A stretch of 64,000 nucleotides of DNA. It comes from an uncultured Phycisphaerales bacterium. Its GTDB lineage: Bacteria; Planctomycetota; Phycisphaerae; Sedimentisphaerales; Anaerobacaceae. Every line of letters begins with the position of its first letter. Positions within the stretch are counted from its first letter, which is position 1. Positions 35,206 to 46,476 of the stretch are shown in pieces. Where the stretch lies: NCBI GenBank assembly GCA_963772725.1, contig CAVYYI010000003.1, positions 810,823-874,822 on the forward strand, in the 5' to 3' direction. Made by a program: the position numbers and the translations under genes. The notes under the pieces were generated by a model. That model was not told where the DNA came from. It searched no databases and saw nothing but the letters and a program-made list of their open reading frames with translations.

Positions 35206-36165
35206 ATGAGAAAAAGAATCTTTTTTATTTGTGGTTCAATGAATCAGACAACCCAGATGCATCAGATATCCAAACACCTTGGCGAGTATGAGCACTCCTT
35301 CTCACCCTATTACTGCGACGGCCTTCACGAGATATTTCGAAGACTCGGGTTGATGGAGTTCACTATCATAGGTGATAAGCTGGCGAAAAAATGCCGGATG
35401 TATCTGCAAAATAATAATCTTCCCATCGACTACCAGGGGAAGAATAAGCCTTACGACCTTGTAGTTACCTGCTCGGACGTGTACATGCAGAAGAACATTA
35501 GAGACAATAAAATCGTGCTGGTTCAGGAGGGGATTACGGATGCAGAAACTATTTTGTTTCGCCTCGTCAAACGTTTCCGATTCCTTCCTCGCTGGCTGGC
35601 GGGTACATCGGCTACCGGCCTGAGCGATGCATACCGTGCTTTCTGCGTCGCAAGCGAGGGATATCGCGATTTCTTCATCCGCAAAGGCGCACGCCCCGAA
35701 AAGATAATCGTTACGGGAATACCCAATTTCGACAACTGCCAGCGATATTGCAGCAACGACTTTCCCCACAGGCACTATGTGCTGGTCTGCACATCACCGC
35801 TGCGGGAGATATTCCAGGGCGAGGACCGCGAGGCTTTTCTTCAGAAAGCGGTCGAAATCGCCGGCGGCAGGCAACTCATCTTCAAACTTCACCCGAACGA
35901 AAATGCAGAGCGTGCTACCAGGGAAATCCGCAAGCATACACCTGGAGCCATGGTGTTCACTACTGGCAGCGCCGAAGAAATGATAGCGAATTGCGATGTT
36001 CTGATTACTCGGTTTTCGTCAACAGCTTTCGTTGGCATTGCACTTGGCAAAGAAACCTACTCTGATTTTGCAATGGACGAATTGCGTCGGCTCATGCCGG
36101 TTCAGAACGGCTCAGCGGCCCTCAATATAGCGAATGTCTGCCGCCGGTTTCTTGAAGAGAACTGA
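35206..36165 (+). CDS. Hypothetical protein, GT-B-like (capsule/TagF-like) fold
   Basis: IIVTGIPNFD, IFKLHPNE, DVLITRFSSTAFVGIALGK patterns. Confidence 0.6.
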   Translation: MRKRIFFICGSMNQTTQMHQISKHLGEYEHSFSPYYCDGLHEIFRRLGLMEFTIIGDKLAKKCRMYLQNNNLPIDYQGKNKPYDLVVTCSDVYMQKNIRDNKIVLVQEGITDAETILFRLVKRFRFLPRWLAGTSATGLSDAYRAFCVASEGYRDFFIRKGARPEKIIVTGIPNFDNCQRYCSNDFPHRHYVLVCTSPLREIFQGEDREAFLQKAVEIAGGRQLIFKLHPNENAERATREIRKHTPGAMVFTTGSAEEMIANCDVLITRFSSTAFVGIALGKETYSDFAMDELRRLMPVQNGSAALNIANVCRRFLEEN

Positions 36166-36549
36166 GGCAATTTATCAGAGTTCTTGCGCGAAAACGAGGG
36201 TATATATGATTTGCGAAAAGTTGTTTAAGAATCAGTAATTATACCACAACCTTTGGAACAATTATCCAAAAGATTTAGAGCTATCAAAAAGCTTTACTAC
36301 TGTGATATTGAGAGTACAAAAAGCATAAGTTTTCAGTGGCCTTCCAGTTGAGGAGGTTTTCCGGCAAAACATGGAATAGGCGGACGAAAGACATTTTTCA
36401 TGAACCTGTCAAATCGCGTTCTTAACGCCGTGGGCAAAAAACAGATGGATGTAAGCAACATAAAGTTTTTAAAACCTGAACTTTGGATAAGGATATAGAA
36501 AAACGGCCTGTCTGCCGAAGGAAATAATATTGTTGTCACTAAAATATTA

Positions 36550-37530
36550 TTGACCCTTAAGGATGTTTTAATTAAAGCAAGGGGCATGGATGCTCGTGGC
36601 AGAGAATCAGGCTGGCTATCTTCTACATTGAGGGCCCTGGCAACCCTATGTTTTGGAGATATGGATACATTACTTAATACCAATAACAATAATAGTATTG
36701 ACCATATTCTTGATAAGAACGTTATCTTAGAACTGGATGCCCTTACACAGTCGGATAAAACATTTTTTGTACAAGCATGTATGCTATATTTGCATCATAA
36801 GCGTATGGCTGAAGAAAGAAGAGAGGATTTTAAACATGCAATTATTATTGAGGAGGCCCATCATGTATTGAGCGATGAGAGAAGGTCCCTTGTTGGAGGC
36901 CAATCTGTGATGGATATTATATTCCGTGAGATACGTGAATTCGGGGTGAGCCTTATATTACTTGACCAGCATCCAAGTAAAATATCACTTTACGCACTGG
37001 GGAATACATATTGTACGATCTGCATGAATCTTAAAACCCGAACAGATGTAAATGCCGTAGCCCAATGTCTCTTGCTCGATAAGGAAAAAGACATATTGGG
37101 TTCACTCGAAGTTGGCCAGGCAGTTGTAAAACTTCAAGGCAGGATTGCACATCCATTTCAAGTTTCAATACCCGAATTTGTTATTGAAAAAGGCAAAATC
37201 ACAGATACTTATGTCAAAAAACACATGCAGGATATTGCTCCAGCTATGGTTGAAGAGGATTTTCGTCTGCTCGCTGATACAGATGGCGATAGCACAATTA
37301 GTAAAAAAGTCGACTTAGCTAAAAACATGGAATTGGCTTTTTTGCGAGATGTTCAAGATTATCCTGACAGCGGAATAGCCGCCAGGTACAAACGACTTAG
37401 CTTATCTGTCCGCCAGGGCCAGAAATTAAAAAACCAAGCCCTGCAAAAATCGTTCATTGAGGAGACTAGCAGGCAACTCCGCACCAGTCATACAAAGACA
37501 CATACGGACTGTCAGGACTGTAGGTATTGA
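36550..37530 (+). pseudogene. Truncated HerA/VirB4-like ATPase (C-terminal part)
   Basis: Walker B IIIEEAHH and FREIREFGVSLILLDQHPS; no Walker A; 3' end disrupted. Confidence 0.7.
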
Positions 37531-37675
37531 GGATACTTCTTACCAGTGAGAAAAAATCACATAACCTTCCCTGCTCCAGGGCTGTCCTTATCCGTATCAT
37601 TGTACTTACAATAACACAGACAAACGGCGCAACAAGATTGATAAATTGTGATATTCTTTCATTTTCGTTTTGCAT
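37466..37675 (-). CDS. Small hypothetical protein, possibly truncated
   Basis: AAGGAG RBS upstream of ATG; co-oriented with 37782-38060. Confidence 0.35.
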   Translation of the reverse strand: MQNENERISQFINLVAPFVCVIVSTMIRIRTALEQGRLCDFFSLVRSILNTYSPDSPYVSLYDWCGVAC

Positions 37676-37781
37676 AAAAATTCTCCTTAAAAAATTGTTA
37701 GAAATGTGTTTGTTTCAAACTGTAAGACAGGAACATCTAAATTAAACGAATTGATTTTCTGATTATGTTGTTAGAGCAGCT

Positions 37782-38060
37782 CTAATCGAGTTCTTCAGGC
37801 GTAAAGCTGTTTCCGGGCTGTACTGAGTCTTTATGCTCCATCAAGTACTCAAATGCCTTCTGTAAGGCTAATATGGCCTTAGGGAGGTCATTTATACTCA
37901 GGCTGTTGGTTCCGTTCCACTGACCGGTTTTATCCTTGTACCTTACCTCAATAACCACTTTTGGCAGTGGAATTGATTTGCCTGCTTTTTCAATTGTGTT
38001 TCTAAAGACCGCTGCTCTGACAGCTCCAACCTTGAAAACAGTTTCTGGTTTATTTGACAT
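37782..38060 (-). CDS. Small putative ssDNA-binding protein (PC4/SpoVG-like)
   Basis: AAGGA RBS; FKVGAVRAAVFRN...RYKDKTGQWNGTNSL..NDLPKAILALQKAFEY; fold is inferred. Confidence 0.6.
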   Translation of the reverse strand: MSNKPETVFKVGAVRAAVFRNTIEKAGKSIPLPKVVIEVRYKDKTGQWNGTNSLSINDLPKAILALQKAFEYLMEHKDSVQPGNSFTPEELD

Positions 38061-38679
38061 TTTCCGGTTATTCCTTATCGATTGGTTAATACCAATCAGT
38101 ACGATCGTACTAATAGATGGAAGTTTATAAACTTTTTGCTGATGCAGTATATATTGAGGCCGAGAGCAGGCGTTTTAAAAACGCTCTTGGAAAGGAGCGT
38201 TTATCGAAACAACGCCGGATTCGAGGCCGACTATATTAAAGTCGCATCAGTAATAAAATGCCGTCGGTGACAGAACATTTTTTATTTGTGGAAACTACAA
38301 ATGTGATAAAATTATTGCAGAAATATTTGCAATCTAATTGTAAAAGTAATCGAAGTTAAAATGATATAGCAACAGCTAAGAAATTCTTTTAAGGCTTTTT
38401 ATCCTTAAAGGGCTAATCTGCCTGAAATACCTTATTTCCGGGCGCAATAAGCCAATTTTAAAGGTTTGTTGAAATTCAAGTTTTTAAAAAACCGGGTTGT
38501 TTCCTGCTTAAGCTTTTTCAGGTGTATAAGCATTTGTCAGGATTGAACTGGTTTTGTGAGCTTTGAATTTTTGTAACCTTATGTTTCTATTAAGACTTTG
38601 AGGTTTAAATACTTTTCGGTCATCGGAGTCCGAGAAGAAGATTTATAAACTCACGAGATTTCACATTTGTAGGGAAAAG

Positions 38680-39290
38680 ATGGAAGACCAAATAATTTCT
38701 ACTACACAGAACAAGAAATCATCAAAGAAATATGAACGTTTCGGAGAAATAATTCGCCATTTTACAGTCGAGGAAACCAACCAGCTCTTTGATTCCATAG
38801 ACAATTACACACACAAGCTTATTTTCGAAATAATTTATGAACTTGGCTGTCGAGTAGGTGAATTTGTGAGAATTCAGGTTAAGCATTTAAACTTTAGCAG
38901 AAGCACTGTTTTCTTTCCTGCTGAAAATACAAAGACAAAACATGCAAGGATAAGTTATCTGCCAAAAGGCTTGACCAATGAAATCAAAAGCATGTTGAAG
39001 CAGAAAGGTTTAATGAGTAAGCGAGGTGATATGAGTAAGAATGCCGGAGGCCTACCTATTTCACCCCGGAAGACGTTGGAATAAGCCATATACACCAAAC
39101 AGAATCAGGCAGATATTTCAGCATTATGTTACTAAAGCCAGCTTACAACAGGTCTATGGCAAGGATAGTTTAGGCGGAAATCTAAAAATGTTCACGGTTC
39201 ATAGTTTAAGACATTCGTATATATATGGATACATTTTAGATATAAATGTGCCTTTGCCAATTGTCCAGAGGCAAGTAGGGCCGGGCACTG
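38680..39290 (+). pseudogene. Short tyrosine recombinase, frameshifted and 3'-truncated
   Basis: GCRVGE (R), NTKTK (K), HSLRHS; ends at QRQVG before the catalytic Tyr. Confidence 0.8.
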
Positions 39291-39391
39291 CGCCCTTGGT
39301 ATGCCTTTTGAACGGGCACAAACCCAGCAACTATTAAGTCCAGTGCTATACGGTGCTGCCTTGGTACGGAACCGTGTGACCCTGTAATAAA

Positions 39392-39579
39392 TTATCTTTC
39401 AAATAATAACTTACAATCACTTCAGTATAACCAAAAAAAATTTATGTCAATTTATTATTTTATAAACATGCTAAATACGGTGATAAAAATCTTTAGAACC
39501 TCTAACATAATGAACAAAAATAGCGTTTTTAGTATCAAAACAGGCATCTGTACTCTTTTTGTTAAACGCTCTAAATGTA
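39392..39579 (+). repeat. ~190-bp direct repeat, copy 1
   Basis: High identity to 62988-63176. Confidence 0.85.
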
Positions 39580-39581
39580 TC

Positions 39582-39676
39582 TGTCGCAAAATTATCCTAA
39601 ATTTCCGCAAAATGGCATTGTAACTATTACTTAAAACTCAGACAATAAAATGTTCACCCTCGAGAAATTTAAATGG
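39582..39676 (+). promoter_or_regulatory. Putative XylR/AraC-activated promoter, copy 1
   Basis: CGCAAAAT direct repeat at 21-bp period next to TTGTAA-N17-GACAAT; homologous to 47733-47836. Confidence 0.65.
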
Positions 39677-39713
39677 TGAATAGTGATTAATATTTCTTTA
39701 TTAGGAGAACCAA

Positions 39714-41224
39714 ATGATTCAGTTGCTTAGCAAAAAAATCCTACACTCGATGTTAATGTTAATCGTGATTGCCGGGATGGCTGGCGGAGCGACTGCCCCC
39801 AAAAAATCTTACGAACCAACATGGAATTCCCTGAAGAACTATCGCACGCCGCAGTGGCTACGGGATGGTAAGTTTGGTATTTACACTCACTGGGGAGTGT
39901 ATTCCGTGCCGGCTCAAGGCCCGAACGGCACCTGGTTTGCCAACCGCGCCTATGCGAATGACCAGGGGCCGCAACGAAAATACTGGGAGGCTACCTATGG
40001 CCCGCTGGAGAAATTCGGCTATAAAGATTTAATTCCCATGTTCACTGGTGAGAAGTTCAATGCCGATGAGTGGGCAGATCTTTTCCAAAAGGCGGGAGCC
40101 GCTTTGCCGGACCAGTGGCGGAGCATCACGACGGGTTCTCCATGTGGGACACCAAGTACTCTGAGTGGAACGCTGCTAAAATGGGTCCTAAGCGGGATGT
40201 GGTGGGCGAACTTGCCAAAGCTATCAAAAAACGCAACATGAAATTCGTCACCGCTTTTCATCATGCTGAGAACTGGTTCTACTTTCCAACATGGGATAAG
40301 CGCTACGATTGCAGTGACCCCCGTTACTCAGGTCTTTATGGACCCATCCATGAAAAGGGTGCTCTGCCCGATAAAGCCTTTCTCGATAAGTGGAAGGGCA
40401 AGATCATCGAAGTTATTGATAAATATGACCCGGACTTCATCTGGTTCGACTTCGGACTAAACTCGGTCACCGATACCTACAAGCAGGAAATGCTCGCCTA
40501 TTATTATAATTATGCTTCTGCGCATAAAAAAGAAGTCGTGGTCACATACAAATCGCATGACTTGCCTCCGGGTGTTGCCCTCCTCGATTGGGAATTAGGT
40601 CAGGAACCAGACCTGGCTTACTACGATTGGATAACAGACACCTCAATTGATAGTGGACAGGGATGGGGATATGTTAAGGGACTGGGATTCAAGTCAGTGG
40701 ACAACCTCGTCGATAACCTTGTGGATCGGGTCAGCAAGAACGGTTACTTGTTGCTCAATGTCGGCCCGAAGCCTGACGGCACCATCCCGGAGGAGGCCAA
40801 AGTGCGATTGCTGGGTTTGGGAAAATGGCTTCAGGTCAACGGTGAAGCCATCTATGGCACAACTTGTTGGGGAGTTGCCGGAGAGGGCCCGGCTCAGATA
40901 AATAAACCCAGTGAATATGGATTTAACGAGAAGAACGATATCCTTTATACTGGCCAAGACATCCGCTTCACGATTAAGGACAACAACCTGTACGCTATTG
41001 CTCTCGCCTGGCCTGGCGAAAAGGTGCTCATCAAAAGCCTGGCCCCCAAAGGGCGAAGTTGGGCTGGGTTGTATCCGTCGGAAATCGCCTCCATTACGAT
41101 GCTCGGGGATGGCAAGGAACTTAAGTGGGAGATGACAAAACAAGGTCTGAGTATTGAAACCCCGAAAATGAAACCGTGTGATTATGCTTTTGTTTTCAAG
41201 ATCGTGCGCAAAAACCCGTTTTGA
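39714..41224 (+). CDS. Alpha-L-fucosidase GH29 (frameshift ~40095)
   Basis: Signal peptide; KFGIYTHWG, EHHDGF, IWFDFG, VSKNGYLLLNVGP. Confidence 0.9.
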
Positions 41225-41389
41225 GCGGCCTTGAAAGATTTTAGATGAGGGTCCGAACTTCGCCGGAAAATTTATGTCACGTGTGATATTGCCGAGTTCT
41301 GGACATAAATTAGATTTGAATACGATTGCAGAGAGATGAGTAATAAGATATTATAAAATTAAATAGGAAACCACTTTCAAGAGATAGCT

Positions 41390-41812
41390 ATGAAAGAAGT
41401 TGGAATGATAAACGGTCAGATTGATTCGGCCCTCAACCGTCAGGGGCACATGGATCTGATGATGGTGGTGGATGCGGGTTTTCCGTGTCCGGACCAGGTG
41501 GAGTTGATTGATATCGCGCTGTCAGAGGGTGTACCGCAGATTCTCGATGTGCTTGCAGAACTGCGAAAGTTTCATTCCGTGGAGAAGCTCGTGATTGCCA
41601 AGGAAACCGAGCAGCACAATCCGGCCTATTTTAGAAAGGCTGCTGAAGCGTTCGGTGACGGTGTGGAGCTGGAAGTGATTCCGCACGCTGAATTAAAACA
41701 ACGCAGTCATCACGTCAAGACGATAATCAGAACCGGGGATTTTACTGCCTGGGGGAATATCATGTTGGTCTCAGGTGCCGGCAAGCGATGGCATATAGAA
41801 AGGAAGGATTAG
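41390..41812 (+). CDS. rbsD: RbsD/FucU family pyranase/mutarotase
   Basis: GHMDLMMVVDAGFP, IIRTGDFTAWGN. Confidence 0.8.
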   Translation: MKEVGMINGQIDSALNRQGHMDLMMVVDAGFPCPDQVELIDIALSEGVPQILDVLAELRKFHSVEKLVIAKETEQHNPAYFRKAAEAFGDGVELEVIPHAELKQRSHHVKTIIRTGDFTAWGNIMLVSGAGKRWHIERKD

Positions 41813-41814
41813 TC

Positions 41815-43506
41815 ATGGGTACAATTAATGCGTTCGATCTGTCCGTGATCATTGCTTATATGCTCGGTATCACCATCATTGGCATCTGGGTGGGCTACCG
41901 GCGACATGCATCCAGCAAGCAATATTTCCTGGCCGACAAGTCGTTGGGTTGGTTCACTATCGGTGCGGCGATGTTCGCCTCAAATATATCTACGATTCAC
42001 CTGGTGGGGCTTGCTGCATCCGGCGCTGACCAGGGGCTGGTGATCGGCAACTTTGAGTGGATGGCGTCCTTTTGCCTTATTATTCTCGGACTGGTCTTCG
42101 CTCCATTCTACTTCCGCAGCCGGATCACTACATTGCCGGAGTTTCTCGAGAAGCGATACGGGGTCGGCACCCGGGCTTTTCTGGCATTTGTTGGTATCAT
42201 GGGCGCACTGCTGATCCACATCGGCATCAGCATGTTTGCCGCAGCTGAAGTGTTCGAGAGTTTCCTCGGGATTGGCAAGATGACTTCCATTGCGGTGATT
42301 TCCGTGGTCACCGTGCTTTACACAGTCCTTGGAGGTCTCAAAGCGGTTGTTGTGACGGAGACGATACAGACGTTCCTGTTGCTTGGCGGCGCCGTGCTGA
42401 TGGCCGTGCTCGGACTGTGTTACCTGCCCCAGGTGGGAATTCATGATTTCGCTGCATTCAAAGCTGCGCTCAAGCCCGAACAATTAAGCATGATTCACCC
42501 GATCCGCGATGCCCAGGGTCACCTAAACAGTTTCTCCTGGCTGGCCGTCTTGCTCGGCTACCCGATACTGGGAATCTGGTACTGGTGTTCTGACCAGACC
42601 ATCGTCCAGCGGGTGCTCGGGGCAAATAACCAGCGTGATGCACAAAACGGCCCGCTGTTTGCCGGTTTTCTGAAAATCCTACCGCTGTTCCTCATGGTGC
42701 TTCCTGGCGTGATCGGCTACATCATGTTCAAGAATGGAGCGATCCACCTGCCGCAGACGGAAAGCGGACCGGACTATAACAAGGTTCTGCCCGAAATGAT
42801 CAAGACGCTGGTGCCCCAGGGCCTGAGAGGATTCCTGGCCGCAGGAATGCTGGCTGCCCTGATCGGCACGATTGCCTCAGCCCTCAACAGTTGCGCGACG
42901 ATGATCTCGGTGGATATCGTCAAGAAGCTGCGCCCGTCTATCGACGACCGGCGGCAGGTGACAATTGGCCGCGTCAGCACCGGCGTGGTCATGGTACTGG
43001 CGATGCTTTGGTCCACGCAGGGTGGACAGTTCGGAACAATTTTCGAGGCGATCAACAAAATACCCATGGTCTTTGCGCCGGCGGTGACAACACTGTTCGT
43101 TCTGGGCGTATTCTGGCGGCGCGGCACCAACGCGGCGGCATTGACGACTTGCGCAACCGGGTGCGGTATCGGTATCGTTTACTTCATCCTGGACATGCCG
43201 AGCATTGGGAAGGCGATTCTCAACGGTCAGGCGAGAGTGGGCTTCGAGGGACTGGTCACCGACCCCATGCAGGGGCTTGGCATTCCATTCATGCTGGTTG
43301 GCCCGATGATCGCCGCGTTGTGCGTTGTGATATTCGTGGTCGTCAGCCTGCTGACACCTGCTCCTGCGCAGGATCGTATTAAGGACGTATGCTGGGAGCA
43401 CCCGTTGGCGATGCTCCGGGGCCGGCTTGCCGGCTGGGGTGACCCGCGCATTGTAGCGTCGGTGCTGGTTGTGGTGATGGTAGTGCTGTATGCAATTTTA
43501 CACTGA
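41815..43506 (+). CDS. Sodium:solute symporter
   Basis: FASNIS, GGLKAVV.TE, WYWCSDQTIVQR; many TM segments. Confidence 0.92.
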   Translation: MGTINAFDLSVIIAYMLGITIIGIWVGYRRHASSKQYFLADKSLGWFTIGAAMFASNISTIHLVGLAASGADQGLVIGNFEWMASFCLIILGLVFAPFYFRSRITTLPEFLEKRYGVGTRAFLAFVGIMGALLIHIGISMFAAAEVFESFLGIGKMTSIAVISVVTVLYTVLGGLKAVVVTETIQTFLLLGGAVLMAVLGLCYLPQVGIHDFAAFKAALKPEQLSMIHPIRDAQGHLNSFSWLAVLLGYPILGIWYWCSDQTIVQRVLGANNQRDAQNGPLFAGFLKILPLFLMVLPGVIGYIMFKNGAIHLPQTESGPDYNKVLPEMIKTLVPQGLRGFLAAGMLAALIGTIASALNSCATMISVDIVKKLRPSIDDRRQVTIGRVSTGVVMVLAMLWSTQGGQFGTIFEAINKIPMVFAPAVTTLFVLGVFWRRGTNAAALTTCATGCGIGIVYFILDMPSIGKAILNGQARVGFEGLVTDPMQGLGIPFMLVGPMIAALCVVIFVVVSLLTPAPAQDRIKDVCWEHPLAMLRGRLAGWGDPRIVASVLVVVMVVLYAILH

Positions 43507-43560
43507 CAGTCTGTCGGCATTTGACTTGGGTCCAGCCAAAAGGATCGACCAAATGGTTAA

Positions 43561-44383
43561 AAGACTTTTGCAAAATGAGTGATTTTTAGCAGGAGTCAGA
43601 GCAGATAAATGACATAATTGCAGTGGAATTGATGGTTATTGCAACGTGAGTATGGATTTTGAGATTTTTTGAGGCCAAAAAGCCTCATTAACGACAGAGC
43701 ATCCCCGAGAGTTCTGTCATAGCCCTTTGAAAAGTTAATCGTTCAATGTCAACGGACACAAAGAATAGTGCGTAGTCTGTTCGGCCTCACGATCTCCGAG
43801 CCGCACAAAATACTGTTCAGCTGATTCTCTTTGCCTGAATGTCTTCTTGAATTCATTTGAATCCCTTGGAACACAAAAACGTGCATCATCTGTGACATTA
43901 ATGTACTTGGTGCAGCCGTAACATTTGCCGGTATTGAAAGATGGCCGATTTACCCGGACAGGCATTGTTGTATTTTTCGGCGGCCTTTTTGGTAAACAGG
44001 TTTTGAATCGATGATGAGTGTATCCATGCTTACCAGTCCCTGTTCGATAAGACGCTGATTGAGTCGATGATGAATATTTTTCAGGATGGCGTGTTGTGAG
44101 TGTCCGGTTCTGCCGATGCCGTGGTTTTGGTCGGGCAGGATGGAAAGGTTGAGGGCTTGAAAGAGATAGAAGTACTTTCGCAGCAGCGATGAATTTCTGA
44201 CAAGCTCCTGGAGGTCATAAAATAGTGACGTTTGAACGTGATACATAAAAAAATCACCTTTATTTTGGTTGTAAGTCCTTTTACTGACAACGCTTACATA
44301 ATATCCAAAATGGAGGAGATTGCAAGAAAAATAATGACATAAGTCGTTATTTAACAAATATTTATGAATTTTACAGAAGGCTT
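43561..44383 (-). mobile_element. Internally deleted copy of the IS at 49142-50796
   Basis: Same termini and transposase fragments. Confidence 0.85.
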
Positions 44384-44403
44384 TTCTAAGATTATTAAAG
44401 GAG

Positions 44404-45429
44404 ATGACAATGCGACAGGCAGTAATGATAAATCCAGGAGTAATTGAATTTAAAAGTGTCCCAAATCCTAAGGTGGGTCCAGGTGAAATAGTCCTACATA
44501 TTAAGCAGATAGGGATATGTGGTTCAGATATTCACGTCTGGCACGGTAAGCATCCCTTTACTTCCTATCCTATTGTTCAGGGCCATGAATATTGCGGTAT
44601 TGTGGAACAAGTCGGCTCCGATGTAAAAGGCATAGAGCCTGGTATGCTGGCGACGGCCAGACCTCAACTTGTATGTGGCAAATGCAACCCATGTAAAAGA
44701 GGTGATTATAATGTCTGTGAACTATTAAAGGTTCAGGGTTTCCAGGCAAATGGCTGTGCGCAGGATTACTTTGTGACAGTAAAACAAAGATTCATTCCCT
44801 TACCTGATAACCTTACATTTGATCAGGGTGCTATGGTAGAACCTTTTGCAGTAGGGGCACATTCTACCGCAAGAGCAGGGGAGCTTAGCGGTAAAAATGT
44901 CGTTGTTTTCGGAGCTGGTATGATCGGTAATGTTGTTGCCCAGTTTTGCCTTGCAAGAGGTGCAAAGAATTTACTTATAACAGATGTAAGTGATTATCGC
45001 CTTGGGATCGCACAAAAGTGCGGCATCGAGAATACTTCAAACGTATCTAAGGGAAAATTTACTGAGGCAGTTAAGCGTGTCTTTGGCAATGAAGGCTTTC
45101 AAATAGCTCTGGAAGCCGCTGGCGCTGAGCCTGCACTTACAGCGGCAGTTGATAATATTGAAAAAGGTGGCCGTGTTGTTATTCTCGGCGTTTTTGGCTC
45201 GCCGCCTCATGTCAATATGGCTAAGGTCTGTGAGCATGAAATAAGCGTAGTAGGATCTATGATGTACAAGCATCAGGATTACATTGAAGCGGCTGAGATG
45301 ATAGCGACCGGCAAGGTTATAACTAAACCTCTTGTAACAAAACACTTTCCTTTTGAACAATATTCCGATGCTTATAAATTTATTGACACTGAAGGCGATA
45401 AAACAATGAAGGTTATGATCGATTTGTAG
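44404..45429 (+). CDS. Zn-dependent sugar-alcohol dehydrogenase (MDR family)
   Basis: GICGSD, GHE, CGKCNPC..G...C, GAGMIG. Confidence 0.9.
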   Translation: MTMRQAVMINPGVIEFKSVPNPKVGPGEIVLHIKQIGICGSDIHVWHGKHPFTSYPIVQGHEYCGIVEQVGSDVKGIEPGMLATARPQLVCGKCNPCKRGDYNVCELLKVQGFQANGCAQDYFVTVKQRFIPLPDNLTFDQGAMVEPFAVGAHSTARAGELSGKNVVVFGAGMIGNVVAQFCLARGAKNLLITDVSDYRLGIAQKCGIENTSNVSKGKFTEAVKRVFGNEGFQIALEAAGAEPALTAAVDNIEKGGRVVILGVFGSPPHVNMAKVCEHEISVVGSMMYKHQDYIEAAEMIATGKVITKPLVTKHFPFEQYSDAYKFIDTEGDKTMKVMIDL

Positions 45430-45699
45430 GAGGAGGGAGAGGACAATTTGTAGCTGTGGTAAAAAAGATAAAAAGATCACCAATTTAATCAAGATTGAAC
45501 ACCTCTTCCATATTTGCCCACCATTCAACTTGCGACCTCGATTTAAATGGTTTATGACAGGGTTTGCATACGTCCCACCACTTCTGTTGTCGGATCTGCT
45601 GCCAGGGCTCTTCGCAGGTTTCACTTGGCTGCAGTTCGGCGACAAAGCCCTGGTTGAAGATTCTGTTTAAGACCTTAGATACGCCGTTTACCATTCCTA

Positions 45700-46003
45700 A
45701 TCACGGCAATGCCGACTTTAACAATGACGGGAATGTTGATATTATAGCAATTAAAGAAAACATATAACCTTGATATAGCTCGGTTGTTAAGAAGTAGAGC
45801 AGCTTTGATAGATTCGTAGCGGCTACTTATCCACAAAAATTGATATAAATGGTACGGCTATACCTTTTCTTGCATTGCTATAATGACTTGCGGATTCTCA
45901 CGTCGAACTGGCTGGAGCAGGGCAGTAATCTGGCAGGGGATCTAAACAACGATACCAGGGTTGATTTTCATGATTTCGCCAGATTGGCTGGTTACTGTCG
46001 GTA
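45700..46003 (+). pseudogene. Dockerin-like C-terminal repeat fragment split by a MITE
   Basis: Removing the MITE and one TA restores ADFNNDGNVDINDLRILTSNWLEQGSNLAGDLNNDTRVDFHDFARLA. Confidence 0.75.
45745..45880. mobile_element. ~135-bp MITE, copy 2, with TA target-site duplication
   Basis: Same TIRs as 8842-8976; TA at 45743-44 and 45881-82. Confidence 0.85.
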
Positions 46004-46204
46004 ATCCAGACTTACGAGCTTTGGATTGCATTGACCATATTGGAACTGGTAAAAGCTTAATTTCTTTTTGGTTTTGGAACACACTTCTTTATAATCGATA
46101 TCCAGGGTCTCAAAATGAGAAGATTTAAAAGGATTAATAATATTGACATTAACATATTCGCAAGTCGCAAAATATCAGTATCAAAGAAAGAACAAGATAT
46201 TTCT

Positions 46205-46476
46205 CTATAAGCTTACGGTCTTTCCAGTTGACATACTTGACCGAATTGCGAATCATATGAACAATGCAAAGCTGAATCTGGGTATTGGGAAAAACGCTTT
46301 CAATGGCCTCAGGAAAGCCTTTTAAGCCATCCACGCAGGCAATGAATATATCCTTTACTCCGCGATTGTAAAGCTCGGTAATTACGCCAAGCCAGAACTT
46401 GGCGCCTTCAGACTGAGCTATCCAAATACCCAAAAGCTCCTTCTGGCCTTCCATATTTATACCAAGTGCCAGATAT
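46205..46476 (-). pseudogene. IS256-family transposase fragment
   Basis: KELLGIW...EGAKFWL...[11 protein letters not shown]...[11 protein letters not shown]. Confidence 0.85.
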
